A stretch of 64,000 nt of DNA from Verrucomicrobiales bacterium (GTDB lineage: Bacteria; Verrucomicrobiota; Verrucomicrobiia; Limisphaerales; JAYPEY01), in NCBI GenBank assembly GCA_038126235.1, contig JAYPFK010000035.1:7982-71981 (forward strand), given 5' to 3'. The position numbers and the translations under genes are program-made. The notes under the pieces were generated by a model that was not told the origin of the DNA, did no database searches, and worked only from the letters and a program-made list of their open reading frames with translations. Every line of letters starts with the position of its first letter. Position 1 is the stretch's first letter. Below are positions 28,654-39,563 of this stretch, piece after piece.

Positions 28654-29281
28654 GCTTCTTCACCCGCAGGTTTCGGAACTTCACCGTGTCTCCCTTCCCG
28701 TGGTGCTGGATGCCGAAATAGCCTTTCAAGGACTGTGAGTCCTTGATGTCCGTGATCAGTTTTCCGTTGATCCATGTCCGGATGCGCGGCCCTTCACATT
28801 GGACGCGAATCTGGTTCCAGTCCTCGTACTTGAAGACGCCTTTCATCTTCCGCTCAAACTCCGCCTTTTGGTCCGGCTTCGGATAAAGCCAGCCGCCGAG
28901 ACCGATGCCGTAGACGCCGCCGGTTTGCGTGGGGCGGCGGGCGTCGATCTCGCATTGGTAGCCCTTGGGTTTGCCTGTCTCGCCGACGCAGCGGAAGGCC
29001 AATCCGGAGTTGAAGGAGCCTTCCGCTCCCGCCGGCAGTCTTACCTCCGCTTCGATGATGAAGTCGGCCATCGTCACATCGCTGACGACCCAGACGTTCT
29101 TCTTCGAGAGGAGGCGCAGTTCGCCATCCTTGGCCACGAAGCTGACGACTTCGGCGCGGGGCGTCCAGCCACGGGTGGTCTTTCCGTCGAAGAGCGGCGT
29201 CCACTCGCTGGGCGTTTCGGCGGCTTGAAGGGAGGCGGCGAAGACGAGGACGCTGAAGAAAATGAGGGGACGGAGGTGCAT
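28649..29281 (-). CDS. DUF1080 (3-keto-disaccharide hydrolase-like) protein
   Basis: WTPLFDGKT..GW, NSGL, GYQCEID, WNQIRV, GYFGIQHHG, VKFRNLRVK. Confidence 0.9.
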   Translation of the reverse strand: MHLRPLIFFSVLVFAASLQAAETPSEWTPLFDGKTTRGWTPRAEVVSFVAKDGELRLLSKKNVWVVSDVTMADFIIEAEVRLPAGAEGSFNSGLAFRCVGETGKPKGYQCEIDARRPTQTGGVYGIGLGGWLYPKPDQKAEFERKMKGVFKYEDWNQIRVQCEGPRIRTWINGKLITDIKDSQSLKGYFGIQHHGKGDTVKFRNLRVKKL

Positions 29282-29425
29282 GAGGGGAAGCTGGGCGGCG
29301 TCTGAAAGAGGCTCAAGGAAATTGTCGCTGGCGGCTCGGGGAGCCGGTCGGGATTTCTCCTTCACGAACGATCACGGCGTGGATAGCTTTGGCGCGATCG
29401 GACCATTCGGTCCCTTGCAGCTTCT

Positions 29426-29520
29426 GGAGAGTGATGAGTGCCTGGTGGCCTCCGCGGTCTTCAAAACCGTTGATCCGGCGTCAAGTCGGAAGGTGTGTTC
29501 GATTCGCACCCTCTCCGCCA
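29426..29520 (+). tRNA. selC: tRNA-Sec (anticodon UCA)
   Basis: Long D stem with UGGU loop; anticodon arm GCGGT-CTTCAAA-ACCGT; long variable arm TCCGGC/GTCGGA; T loop TTCGATT; G discriminator and encoded CCA; selA and selB are in the window. Confidence 0.93.
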
Positions 29521-29527
29521 TCCTCAA

Positions 29528-30130
29528 TCAATCGGCGGTCCAGTCCCGCTTGCCGAAGTGGTCCAGCGCGATGCTGTCGAGGGTGAAGCCGCTGAGATCT
29601 TCGCCGATGCGCTTTCGCAGTTCCGCGCGGAAGCGTTCCCGCTCCGTTTCGATGAACTGAAAGTCCGCCGCTTGGACGGCCGTTTTGAGACTGTCGGAGA
29701 AGCGGGGGAGAAACAGGGACTCGAGAAACTCGGGATCCGCGGCCTTTTTCGCGCCAATGTCGTCGGCCACTTTCAGAATGTCGTCCGGCGACGGATCGAT
29801 CCGCAGCAGAAAAGCAGCGACAACCTCCACCTGGATTCCGTCTCGCGTCGTGAGGGAACCGGCGTCGCGGAACTCTACCGTCAGACGCTTCAGGGTGAGG
29901 TCGATCGTTTCAAGCCGATGGATGAGCGGATAGCAGAGCAAACCGGCGAAAGCGACTCGCGTTCCGCCGACTCCGTTTCGGATCAATGCCTGGCCTTGCT
30001 TTGGGCGGACGTAGAACCGGGAGAGCAGGAAGAAGAACACGGCGAAGACAAGGAGCATGATCCCCGCGCCAACACCGACGATCTCGCCGGCGAATCCCAG
30101 AGGCGAAGACATGAAATCCTGCATTTCCAT
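29528..30130 (-). CDS. SPFH/flotillin-like (YqiK N-terminal type) membrane protein
   Basis: TM helix, then QALIRNGVGG, PLIHRLETIDLT, RFSDSLKTA, LSGFTLDSIALD; no flotillin coiled coil. Confidence 0.75.
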   Translation of the reverse strand: MEMQDFMSSPLGFAGEIVGVGAGIMLLVFAVFFFLLSRFYVRPKQGQALIRNGVGGTRVAFAGLLCYPLIHRLETIDLTLKRLTVEFRDAGSLTTRDGIQVEVVAAFLLRIDPSPDDILKVADDIGAKKAADPEFLESLFLPRFSDSLKTAVQAADFQFIETERERFRAELRKRIGEDLSGFTLDSIALDHFGKRDWTAD

Positions 30131-30161
30131 GCGTCCAACCTCACCCGTTCTTCGCGGAGCG

Positions 30162-30201
30162 AAAAGAAAAAAGGGCTCCACGCCGAAGCGCGGAGCCCTT
30201 T
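30162..30201 (-). terminator. Intrinsic terminator after the Gfo/Idh/MocA gene
   Basis: AAAGGGCTCC...GGAGCCCTTT stem with an A-run on + (U-tract on -). Confidence 0.8.
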
Positions 30202-30219
30202 CGGGAATCGTAAAACCGA

Positions 30220-31584
30220 TCAGGAGAGCGGCAGGGTGCCGTAGGTGATCGGGTCGAGGACAGTGCCTTCGCCGGTCGTGATCTTGCGGGTCTTCTCATC
30301 GAAGAGGCAGGCCACGTTCAGGCGCTCGGACATTTCCGCGAGGGAGATGACGGTCTGCGTGCGGATGGCGAGCTCGATGCCGGCGTTGGGCTCGCGGTTC
30401 TCGCGGATCGCGTCGAGGAAGTCCTTCTCGTGCACCTGGACATCCTCGCCCGGGGTGAGGTTGGTGAACTCCTCGGGGTCGAGTTCGTCGGCGAAGGGGC
30501 GCTCGGGGATCAGGTTGACGCGGTTGCCGCCGAATTCGAGGCGGGCGTGGTGGCCGCGCATGACGCTGTCCAGGCCGAACTCGCTGACGCTGGAGCTGGT
30601 GACGAGCAGGACGAGGCCGCTGGGGAATTCAGCGAGGATCTGTGTGCTGTCGGTGCAGTCGCGGTCGAGCGAGATCTTGCGGGTGCCGGTGCAGACGACG
30701 CGGCTTGGGAACTCCGGGTTGCCGGAGGCGATCATCAGCGGGTGCAGACGGTGCGGGGCGAGGTCGCCCAGCAGGCCGGCGCAGTAGGGGAGGTATTTGC
30801 GCCAGCGGAAGAAGTGGTCGGCGTTGAAGGGAGTCTTGCGGTTGACCGGCCCCATCCAGCGCTTCCAGTCGAGATTGTCCGGGCGGGCGTCCTCGTCGAT
30901 CTTGTAGTTCCATTCGCCGCCCTTGGCCGCCGCGTTGCGCATGTAGGAGTCCTGGCCGAGGACGAGCGGGCCGATGGCTCCCTTGCGGGCAAGTTCGCCG
31001 GCCTTGTGCCACTTGGCGTCGGACGCGGCCTGTGAGCCGACCTGCAGCTTTTTGCCGGTCTTCTTGACGGCGTCGTAAACGCGGAAGGCCTCGTCGAGGT
31101 AACGGGTCATCGGCTTCTCGCAGTAGACGTGCTTGCCGGTTTCCAGGGCGTCGATGGAACACTGGGCGTGCCAGTGATCGACGGTCGCGACGACGACGGC
31201 GTCAATGTCCTTGCGTTCGAGAAGTTTCCGGTAGTCGACGTAGGTGTCGACCTTGTTGCCCTGGGCGTTCTCGGCGTTGCCCTGATGCAGGTCGCGGCGC
31301 TTTTCCCAGAGGTCGCAGACGGCGACGGAAAGGGTGTTGTTGTCCTTGTGCTGGCTGGTGAAGCCGCGCACGTGGCGGCCACCCTGACCGCCCACGCCGA
31401 TGTGGCCGAGGACGATTCGGTTGTTCGCGCCGGTGACGTTCGCGGACGGAGCCTGGCTCTGGCCGTAGACCGGGGTCTTGAATGGGTTGAGAGCGGCGGC
31501 CGCAGCTGCGGCGCCCGCAGTCTTGCGGATGAATTTCCGGCGGTTTTCGCCTCCGGCCAACGGGGATTTTTTGTCTTGGTCCAT
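30220..31584 (-). CDS. Tat-exported Gfo/Idh/MocA oxidoreductase
   Basis: NRRKFI Tat motif; GHIGVGGQG; DIDAVVVATVDHWH; GKHVYCEKP. Confidence 0.92.
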   Translation of the reverse strand: MDQDKKSPLAGGENRRKFIRKTAGAAAAAAALNPFKTPVYGQSQAPSANVTGANNRIVLGHIGVGGQGGRHVRGFTSQHKDNNTLSVAVCDLWEKRRDLHQGNAENAQGNKVDTYVDYRKLLERKDIDAVVVATVDHWHAQCSIDALETGKHVYCEKPMTRYLDEAFRVYDAVKKTGKKLQVGSQAASDAKWHKAGELARKGAIGPLVLGQDSYMRNAAAKGGEWNYKIDEDARPDNLDWKRWMGPVNRKTPFNADHFFRWRKYLPYCAGLLGDLAPHRLHPLMIASGNPEFPSRVVCTGTRKISLDRDCTDSTQILAEFPSGLVLLVTSSSVSEFGLDSVMRGHHARLEFGGNRVNLIPERPFADELDPEEFTNLTPGEDVQVHEKDFLDAIRENREPNAGIELAIRTQTVISLAEMSERLNVACLFDEKTRKITTGEGTVLDPITYGTLPLS

Positions 31585-32091
31585 AATAAATCTACGATGG
31601 TTCAGGTTCGTCTGAGAAGTTCGCGAGGTTAACGCGTCGTTGGACGCGGTCAATTCAGAATGATTCACGAAAACGGTTTTGCGCTCAGCGTTTATTGGCG
31701 ATCGGTCTGCCGCTTTGGCGGGGTAGGAGAACCTGGGACGTTTCGTCAAGCAGCGGGATGGGGTTCGTTCCCCCTCCCGGAAGCGTTGGTTGGATTCGAG
31801 GGGCTTGGGAATGCGGCGCCACCGTAGGTCAGCGATTCGACCCGTCCCTGGCTTGCCTCAGGACTTAGCGGCTCGTTGGCAGCGTTCCAGATTTACCGGC
31901 TCCTCATGAACTCTCACGCCGGCAAATCGTTTCGGCTTGGCGCTATGACGAGGACAGGCTTGAAGCGCTGTCCAATGTGAATGCGCGTAGCCTCCGTTGG
32001 TTACAGGTGCGCGTCATCTTGGCTCAGATTATCTCCCTTGCGCAGAATGGGATTAAGGGTTAGTTGTGGTGACAAATTGACGCAAGAATTC

Positions 32092-33363
32092 ATGACGGAA
32101 ACCCAGAATAAGCCAAAATCAAGTTTCCTGGACAAGGTATTGGGACGGATCGACCGTCTGGACGCGGATGGATTACAGACTGTGGTGCAGCGACTGGCGC
32201 GGGAGCGGGAGTTCCTGGAGACCCTGTTCAACACGATCGAGGACGGCGTTTTGGTCGTGGATACGAAGCGTCGGATCAGCTATTTCAATCACGCGGTGAC
32301 CGAAATCCTGGGGCTGCGGCCGGATCGCGATGAAGGCGAGCCCATCAAGCGGTTTCTCCCGGATCTGGATTGGTCGGCTTTCGCGAAGTTGCGGGATGCC
32401 GGGGAGAAGTTGTTGCGCCTGGAGATGGAGGTGTCCTATCCCCACGCCCGGTTCATCCATCTTTATGCGGCTCCGCTCGATGCGGCGGCCGGGGTCGCCT
32501 CCGGTTGGGCCTTGATCCTGCATGATGCGACCGAGGCCCGGAAAAAGACCTTCGAGGCGATTGAGAGCGACCGGATCCAGACCTTGACCCTGTTGGCGGC
32601 GAGCGTGGCGCACGAAATCGGGAACCCGCTCAACGCCCTGCACATTCATCTGCAGTTGATGGAGCGGGAGGTCGCCAAATTGAGGGGGCGGTCCGCCGGC
32701 ACGACCGTGGATGTCGGGGAGGCCGGCTCCGCCGCCGAGCCAATTCCCGCGGGCGGTTTTTCGGATGTCGTGGATAAACTGGAGCGGTATCTGAACGTGG
32801 CGAAGGGGGAGATCGCCCGGCTTGACTACATCGTCACGCAGTTCCTGCAGGCGTTGCGTCCCACCAAGCCGGACCTCAAGCCGACCTCCCTGAACCAGGT
32901 TGCCGAGGAGGTCATCGAGTTGTTGGGGCCGGAGATCGAGAACCGCGGGATCACGACCCATCTGAAACTGCGACGTCGCCTGCCCGACGCCAATCTGGAT
33001 TCCGAACAAATCAAGCAGGTTCTGGTCAATCTGGTGAAGAATGCGATCCAGGCCATGACCAGCGGCGGCGAGCTCAGCCTGCAGACCGGCGTGGCCAAGG
33101 ACGGCGTCTGGATCACCGTGTCCGACACCGGAGGCGGCATCGACGACGAGAAGATCAAGCGGATTTTTGACCCCTATTACACGACGAAGAAGGAAGGCAG
33201 CGGGCTCGGGCTTATGATCGTGAACCGGATTGTGCGCGACCACAACGGGCTGATCGACGTGAGCAGTCACACCGGACGCGGCTCGACTTTCCGCATCTGG
33301 ATTCCGTTCCGTGAACCGCTGCCCCGCATGATCGCCGTCGAGACCGCCGCGCCCTCCGACTGA
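32092..33363 (+). CDS. PAS-domain sensor histidine kinase (NtrB/AtoS-like)
   Basis: VAHEIGNPLN H-box, QVLVNLVKNA, SDTGGGI, FDPYYTTK..GSGLGL. Confidence 0.94.
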   Translation: MTETQNKPKSSFLDKVLGRIDRLDADGLQTVVQRLAREREFLETLFNTIEDGVLVVDTKRRISYFNHAVTEILGLRPDRDEGEPIKRFLPDLDWSAFAKLRDAGEKLLRLEMEVSYPHARFIHLYAAPLDAAAGVASGWALILHDATEARKKTFEAIESDRIQTLTLLAASVAHEIGNPLNALHIHLQLMEREVAKLRGRSAGTTVDVGEAGSAAEPIPAGGFSDVVDKLERYLNVAKGEIARLDYIVTQFLQALRPTKPDLKPTSLNQVAEEVIELLGPEIENRGITTHLKLRRRLPDANLDSEQIKQVLVNLVKNAIQAMTSGGELSLQTGVAKDGVWITVSDTGGGIDDEKIKRIFDPYYTTKKEGSGLGLMIVNRIVRDHNGLIDVSSHTGRGSTFRIWIPFREPLPRMIAVETAAPSD

Positions 33364-33434
33364 TCCGCTGCCGCAAACGGATCCGGAATCGCCGGTTGCA
33401 ATTCACGAATCACAAATCACCAACAACGAACTCC

Positions 33435-34811
33435 ATGCAGACCGCCACCATCCTGATAGCCGACGATGAGAAACCCACGCGCGACGGACTGCGCGCCGCG
33501 TTGGAGGACCGCTACGATGTTTATGTGGCCGAGGACGCCGGGGCCGCGTTGACCCTGCTGGACTCGGAGCGTTTCGATGTGCTCCTCACCGATCTGCGCA
33601 TGCCCGGCGACGACGGCATGAAGCTGATCTCCCGGGCCAAGGCCCTGAGTCATCCGCCGATCTGCATCCTGATGACGGCCTACGGCTCGGAGGAGGTCGC
33701 GGTCGAGGCCATGAAGAAGGGGGCCGATGACTACATCGCCAAGGGGCGGCTGCAGATCGACGAGCTGGAATTGCGGATTGCGCGCGCGTTGAAACGTCGT
33801 TCGCTGGAGAGTGAGAATGAGAAGCTGCACAAGCAGTTGGACAAGAAATTCGGCATGGAGAGCATTGTCGGCGAATCGCCGGCGATGGAGGAGGTCTTCG
33901 ATATCGTGCAGCAGGTGGCTCCGACGAAGGCGACGACGCTGATTCTCGGCGAGAGCGGCACGGGCAAGGAGATGATCGCCAAGGCCATCCACCAGCTCAG
34001 CCCGCGCAAGCACAAGGCCCTGGTGACCGTGCACCCGGCGGGCCTGACCGCGACCCTGCTGGAGAGTGAATTGTTCGGGCATGAAAAGGGGGCCTTCACC
34101 GGAGCCCACGAACGTCGCATCGGCCGCATCGAACAGGCGGAAGGCGGAACCTTGTTCCTCGACGAGATTGGGGAGATCGACGCCTCGACCCAGATCAAGC
34201 TGTTGCGCTTCCTGGGCGAACGAACCTTCGAGCGGGTCGGCTCGAACAAGACCGTTTCGGCGGATGTGCGGTTGGTGGCGGCAACGAACAAGGACCTGGC
34301 CCAGATGGTCAAGGACGGCGATTTCCGGGAGGATCTCTACTTTCGTCTCAAGGTGGTCGAGATCCGGCTGCCGAAACTAAAGGACCGGGGCAGTGATATA
34401 GCCCTGCTGGCCCAGGCATTCCTGCGCGAGTTCGCCGAGGAGAACGGCAAGCCGGTGGCGGAGTTCAAGCCGGAGGCACTGGAGGCGCTGCTGGCCTACC
34501 ATTGGCCGGGCAATGTCCGTGAACTGCGGACGGCGATCGAGCACGCCGTGGTTTTCTGTCGCGGGAATGCGGTCAGTATGCGAGACCTCCCGGCGAATGT
34601 CCGCGAGGCGGCGGGCGACCTGAGCATCGGAGGCGGCGACCAGCCCCTGCTGGACCAGGATCGCCTGACTGTGAAGCAGGCCGAAAAACAACTGATTGTG
34701 AAGGCATTGAAGGAAAACGATGGAAACCGCACCAAGGCGGCCAGGTCCCTCGGGATCAGCCGCCGCACCCTGCACCGCAAGCTGCACGAGTATCACTTGG
34801 AAGGGTTTTGA
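33435..34811 (+). CDS. Sigma54-dependent Fis-family response regulator
   Basis: Receiver (ADDE, TDLRMP), GESGTGKE, ESELFGHEKGAFTGA, WPGNVREL, Fis HTH. Confidence 0.96.
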   Translation: MQTATILIADDEKPTRDGLRAALEDRYDVYVAEDAGAALTLLDSERFDVLLTDLRMPGDDGMKLISRAKALSHPPICILMTAYGSEEVAVEAMKKGADDYIAKGRLQIDELELRIARALKRRSLESENEKLHKQLDKKFGMESIVGESPAMEEVFDIVQQVAPTKATTLILGESGTGKEMIAKAIHQLSPRKHKALVTVHPAGLTATLLESELFGHEKGAFTGAHERRIGRIEQAEGGTLFLDEIGEIDASTQIKLLRFLGERTFERVGSNKTVSADVRLVAATNKDLAQMVKDGDFREDLYFRLKVVEIRLPKLKDRGSDIALLAQAFLREFAEENGKPVAEFKPEALEALLAYHWPGNVRELRTAIEHAVVFCRGNAVSMRDLPANVREAAGDLSIGGGDQPLLDQDRLTVKQAEKQLIVKALKENDGNRTKAARSLGISRRTLHRKLHEYHLEGF

Positions 34812-34979
34812 GGTTGGGGAGATTCGTGACTCGCAATGGGTGACTGGTGATTTGTGATGGGAAACCGGTGATCAGTCATCAGAGAGCTGAAACTTGAGAT
34901 TTGAAATCGGCGCGAACCAGTCGCCAGCCGTGAGTTGCCAGTCACGAATCACAAATCACCATTTCTTAATCACCATCAC

Positions 34980-36794
34980 ATGACCCGACTACAGGAATGG
35001 ATTCACGCGCTGGAGGAGGGCGGCGGCCGGCGGTTGGTTCGCGGCGTCGCCGCCGCGTTGGTGTTTGTCGGGATCACCCTGCTGGCGCATCTGCGGGAAT
35101 TTCAGAACTTCTCCTCTCCGGAGGCGATGGACACGGCCCAGCTCGCGCGGAACATGGCCGAAGGTCGGGGATTCACGACCTATCTGACACGACCGTTCAG
35201 CCTGTATCTGTTGCGGGAGCATTCGGGCGGCGAGGCTTATCCGCTGGACGGGGCGCTGCCTGACATATCCAACGCGCCCCTCTATCCGTGGGCGTTGGCG
35301 CAGGTCTTCAAACTGGCCAAGCCTGATACTCGGATTCCGACCTTGGCGGAGTTTGACAAGGACAACCCGGCGTCGCTCTGGAAGTACGAGGCGGAGGTCG
35401 TGATCGCGGTTTTCAACCAGGTCCTGTTTTTCGTTTCGCTGGTCCTGTTGTTCCTGCTGGGCCTGCGGTTGTTTGATCCTCTGGTCGCATGGGTGTCGGT
35501 CGCGTCGCTGGCGGGAGCGGACTTGTTCTGGGAATTCAGCCTTTCAGGGCTTCCGACGCTGATGCTCATGGCGCTCACGCTGGCGTTGGCTCATTGCCTC
35601 CTGGCGGCGGAGCGGGGCGCCAATGAGAGGGAATGGGGCTTCGGACGGATCGCGGCGTTGACGTTCATGGCCGGCGCGCTCCTCGGGGCGCTGGCGTTGA
35701 CGCGCTACGGCTTCGCCATCCTGATCCTGCCGGCGTTGGTGTTCGTGGGCGTCTCGTTCAACGAGCGTCGGGCGGCGTTGTGCTTCATGGTTGTGATCGG
35801 GTTTGCCGCCGTGGTCTCGCCGTGGATCAAGCGCAACGTGGATGTCTGCGGGCTGCCATTGGGGGCGGCGGGCTTCGCGTTGCACCACGATTCTGTCCGG
35901 TTTCCCGGCGACCGTTTGGCGCGCACGTTGACCCCGCGCGATCTCGATTCGCCGCGCGACCTGGACAAGGTTGGCGTGGGCGACCACTGGGCGAAATTCT
36001 GGAAGAATGTCGGCCCCACGATTCAGGACGAGTTGCCGAAGTTCGGCGGCAGCTGGATCAGCGCGTTCTTCCTCGTGGGGCTGTTGTTGCCGTTCAGGAA
36101 TCCCGGCATCGCGCGGTTGCGGCTGTTCGTCGTGTCGGGGTTCGGCTGCCTGGTCCTGCTGCAGATCCTCACCCGGTCGCAACCCGCGGCGGAGGCGGGC
36201 CCTGTCCATGCGGATAATCTGATCGTCGCCTTTGCGCCGCTGGTGTTTCTGTTTGGCGCGGCGATGTTCTCGGTCGCGCTCGATCAGGCGGCCGAGGCGT
36301 TCTCGCCCAAACGCGGCGTCCTGACCGGCGTCTTTTGCCTGCTGGTTTCTCTGCCGTTGATTCTCACCCTGCTGTCGCCTCGCAAGGTTCCGCTGGTCTA
36401 CCCGCCGTATCATCCTCCGCTTATCCACGAGGCCTCCGGGTGGTTTGAGTCCGACGAGCTCGTCATGAGCGACATGCCCGGGGCGGTGGCCTGGTACGGA
36501 GCCCGCCCCTGCCTCTGGCTCACCTGGGACTTGGGTGATGATTTCGTCGAGTTGCACCGGCAGAAGCCCATCAAGGGGCTCTACCTGACCTCGCTGACAA
36601 TGGACCGCAAACTGGTCTCCGAACTTTGGGAGGGGGAGGAAATTGTCTGGGGGCGTTTTGCGGCGAACAGCGTGGTCAAGGGCGAGATGCCTGACGGCTT
36701 CCCGCTGCCGCATGCCTTTGGCGAGTGGTTTCCGTTCCAGCTTCTCATGGCCGACCGGCCGCGTTGGGAACGGGCGGCGGAAGAGCGGAAATAG
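34980..36794 (+). CDS. Multi-TM glycosyltransferase (GT-C, ArnT/PMT-like)
   Basis: AMDTAQLARN..EGRGF, APLYP, many TM helices, PWIKRN, VMSDMP.AVAWY. Confidence 0.7.
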   Translation: MTRLQEWIHALEEGGGRRLVRGVAAALVFVGITLLAHLREFQNFSSPEAMDTAQLARNMAEGRGFTTYLTRPFSLYLLREHSGGEAYPLDGALPDISNAPLYPWALAQVFKLAKPDTRIPTLAEFDKDNPASLWKYEAEVVIAVFNQVLFFVSLVLLFLLGLRLFDPLVAWVSVASLAGADLFWEFSLSGLPTLMLMALTLALAHCLLAAERGANEREWGFGRIAALTFMAGALLGALALTRYGFAILILPALVFVGVSFNERRAALCFMVVIGFAAVVSPWIKRNVDVCGLPLGAAGFALHHDSVRFPGDRLARTLTPRDLDSPRDLDKVGVGDHWAKFWKNVGPTIQDELPKFGGSWISAFFLVGLLLPFRNPGIARLRLFVVSGFGCLVLLQILTRSQPAAEAGPVHADNLIVAFAPLVFLFGAAMFSVALDQAAEAFSPKRGVLTGVFCLLVSLPLILTLLSPRKVPLVYPPYHPPLIHEASGWFESDELVMSDMPGAVAWYGARPCLWLTWDLGDDFVELHRQKPIKGLYLTSLTMDRKLVSELWEGEEIVWGRFAANSVVKGEMPDGFPLPHAFGEWFPFQLLMADRPRWERAAEERK

Positions 36795-36886
36795 AAGCGC
36801 GGGATGGGGCCTATGACCCCGTTCCTCGTTTTCTCCGGTTCCAATTCACGTGACACTGCGTCATTGAACGGCTAAACCATCCCACC

Positions 36887-37912
36887 ATGAAGAAGAAGCC
36901 ACACACCCCCTGTCCCGACTGCGGCGACGCCGTTTCCCGCCGGAGTTTTCTCAAGTCCGCCACGACCGCCGCGGCTGCGACCGCGGTCCTGCCCTTTGGA
37001 GCCGTGACTTTTCCCGTTGCCGCCAAGGAGGCCAAGGCGAAGTCCCCGAAGGCCGAGACGCTGGTCAAGAGCCTCTATGACAGCCTGGACGAAAAGCAGC
37101 GCGGCGAGCTTTGTTTCGGTTTCGATCATCCGCTGAGGTCCAAGGTGGACAACAACTGGCACATCCTGAAGAAGCATCGGATCGCGGGTTCCTTCAACAA
37201 GGACCAACAGGCCCTGATCCGGGAGATCTTCCTGAACATCCACAGTGAGGAGTATCGCGGCGCGGTGATGAAGCAGGTGGAGCATGACAACGGCAAGGGC
37301 GGCTTCGGCAGCTGTTCCGTGGCGTTGTTCGGGAAGCCCGGCACAGGGAAGTTCGAATTCGTCTTCACCGGTCGTCACGTCACCCGGCGCTGCGACGGCG
37401 ACTCCCTGGAAGGCGCAGCCTTCGGCGGGCCGATCTTCTACGGCCACGCGGCGCGCTCCTTCAACGAGGATCCGGACCACAAGGACAATGTCTACTGGTA
37501 TCAGTCGAAGCGGGTGAACGAGGTCTTTCAGATGATGAACGGGAAGCAGCGCAAGCAGGCGTTGCTCGGGGATTCCCGCGGCGAACATGGCAACAAGACC
37601 GTGGAACTGAGCGGGAAGGTCGACGGCCTCGCCGGCATCCCGATGTCCGAACTGACCGCCGATCAGAAGGACCTCGCCCGGAAGGCTCTCGGGGATCTGC
37701 TGATGCCTTTCCGCGAGGTCGACCGGAAGGAGTCCATGAAGCTGATCGAGAAGAGCGGCTTCGACCGTCTCCACCTTTCCTTCTACAAGAATGAGGATGT
37801 CGGCAACGACGGCGTCTGGGACGTGTTCCAGGTCGAGGGGCCGAACATGGTCTGGTATTTCCGCGGCGATCCCCACATCCACGCCTGGCTGCACATCCGG
37901 GACGAGGCATAG
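36887..37912 (+). CDS. Tat-exported DUF3500-like protein
   Basis: SRRSFLK Tat motif; LYDSLDEKQR, GRHVT.R, FGGPIFYGH, RGDPHIHAW. Confidence 0.8.
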   Translation: MKKKPHTPCPDCGDAVSRRSFLKSATTAAAATAVLPFGAVTFPVAAKEAKAKSPKAETLVKSLYDSLDEKQRGELCFGFDHPLRSKVDNNWHILKKHRIAGSFNKDQQALIREIFLNIHSEEYRGAVMKQVEHDNGKGGFGSCSVALFGKPGTGKFEFVFTGRHVTRRCDGDSLEGAAFGGPIFYGHAARSFNEDPDHKDNVYWYQSKRVNEVFQMMNGKQRKQALLGDSRGEHGNKTVELSGKVDGLAGIPMSELTADQKDLARKALGDLLMPFREVDRKESMKLIEKSGFDRLHLSFYKNEDVGNDGVWDVFQVEGPNMVWYFRGDPHIHAWLHIRDEA

Positions 37913-38146
37913 AACAGCGGTCGAAGCCGCGCTTCGATCGGGAGCGTTCAGATCGGGCCTGTCATCGGAACTGCGCCGGCTCGAGCGCGCAGGTCATCCA
38001 GGAAAACTGCCCAGGCGCGGTTGGGGACTCAAGAGCCTCCGGAATCGCGGGTGTTAAACCTTGGGAGATTCGGGATCCGCGGATCCGCCCGATGGCCGAA
38101 CAAACAGTTGACAGTTGGCCTCCGATCCCGTTCTCTCCGTGGCTTC

Positions 38147-38197
38147 ATGACTCAGGACTTGAGACGACAATTTAATCGTTCTCGCCGACGCGGCTGA
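38147..38197 (+). CDS. Putative arg-operon leader peptide MTQDLRRQFNRSRRRG
   Basis: 6 of 16 codons are Arg (AGA CGA CGT CGC CGA CGC); perfect TTGACA at 38108; 70 nt upstream of argJ. Confidence 0.65.
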   Translation: MTQDLRRQFNRSRRRG

Positions 38198-38225
38198 TTC
38201 GGGAGCCGCGTTCGTCCTCTTTTCC
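38186..38225 (+). promoter_or_regulatory. Hairpin overlapping the arg leader stop codon, followed by a pyrimidine tract (putative attenuator)
   Basis: ACGCGGCT-gattcggg-AGCCGCGT, then TCGTCCTCTTTTCC. Confidence 0.55.
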
Positions 38226-38267
38226 GGTCAACGTCATCCCTCCTTTTTGACTCAAATTCCTTTTGAG

Positions 38268-39559
<1,292 letters not shown>

Positions 39560-39563
<4 letters not shown>

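Noticed and set aside
29500-29530. selC as the integration site of a genomic island
   Set aside because: No integrase nearby and I found no duplicate of the tRNA 3' end in the window
31754-31780. GGGGTTCGTTCCCC as a tRNA T-arm or tRNA remnant
   Set aside because: No acceptor, D or anticodon arms and no CCA
32686-32760. Possible decayed REP inserted in the histidine kinase DHp loop
   Set aside because: Only a weak resemblance (ggggaggccggctccgccgccgagcc) and no partner arm
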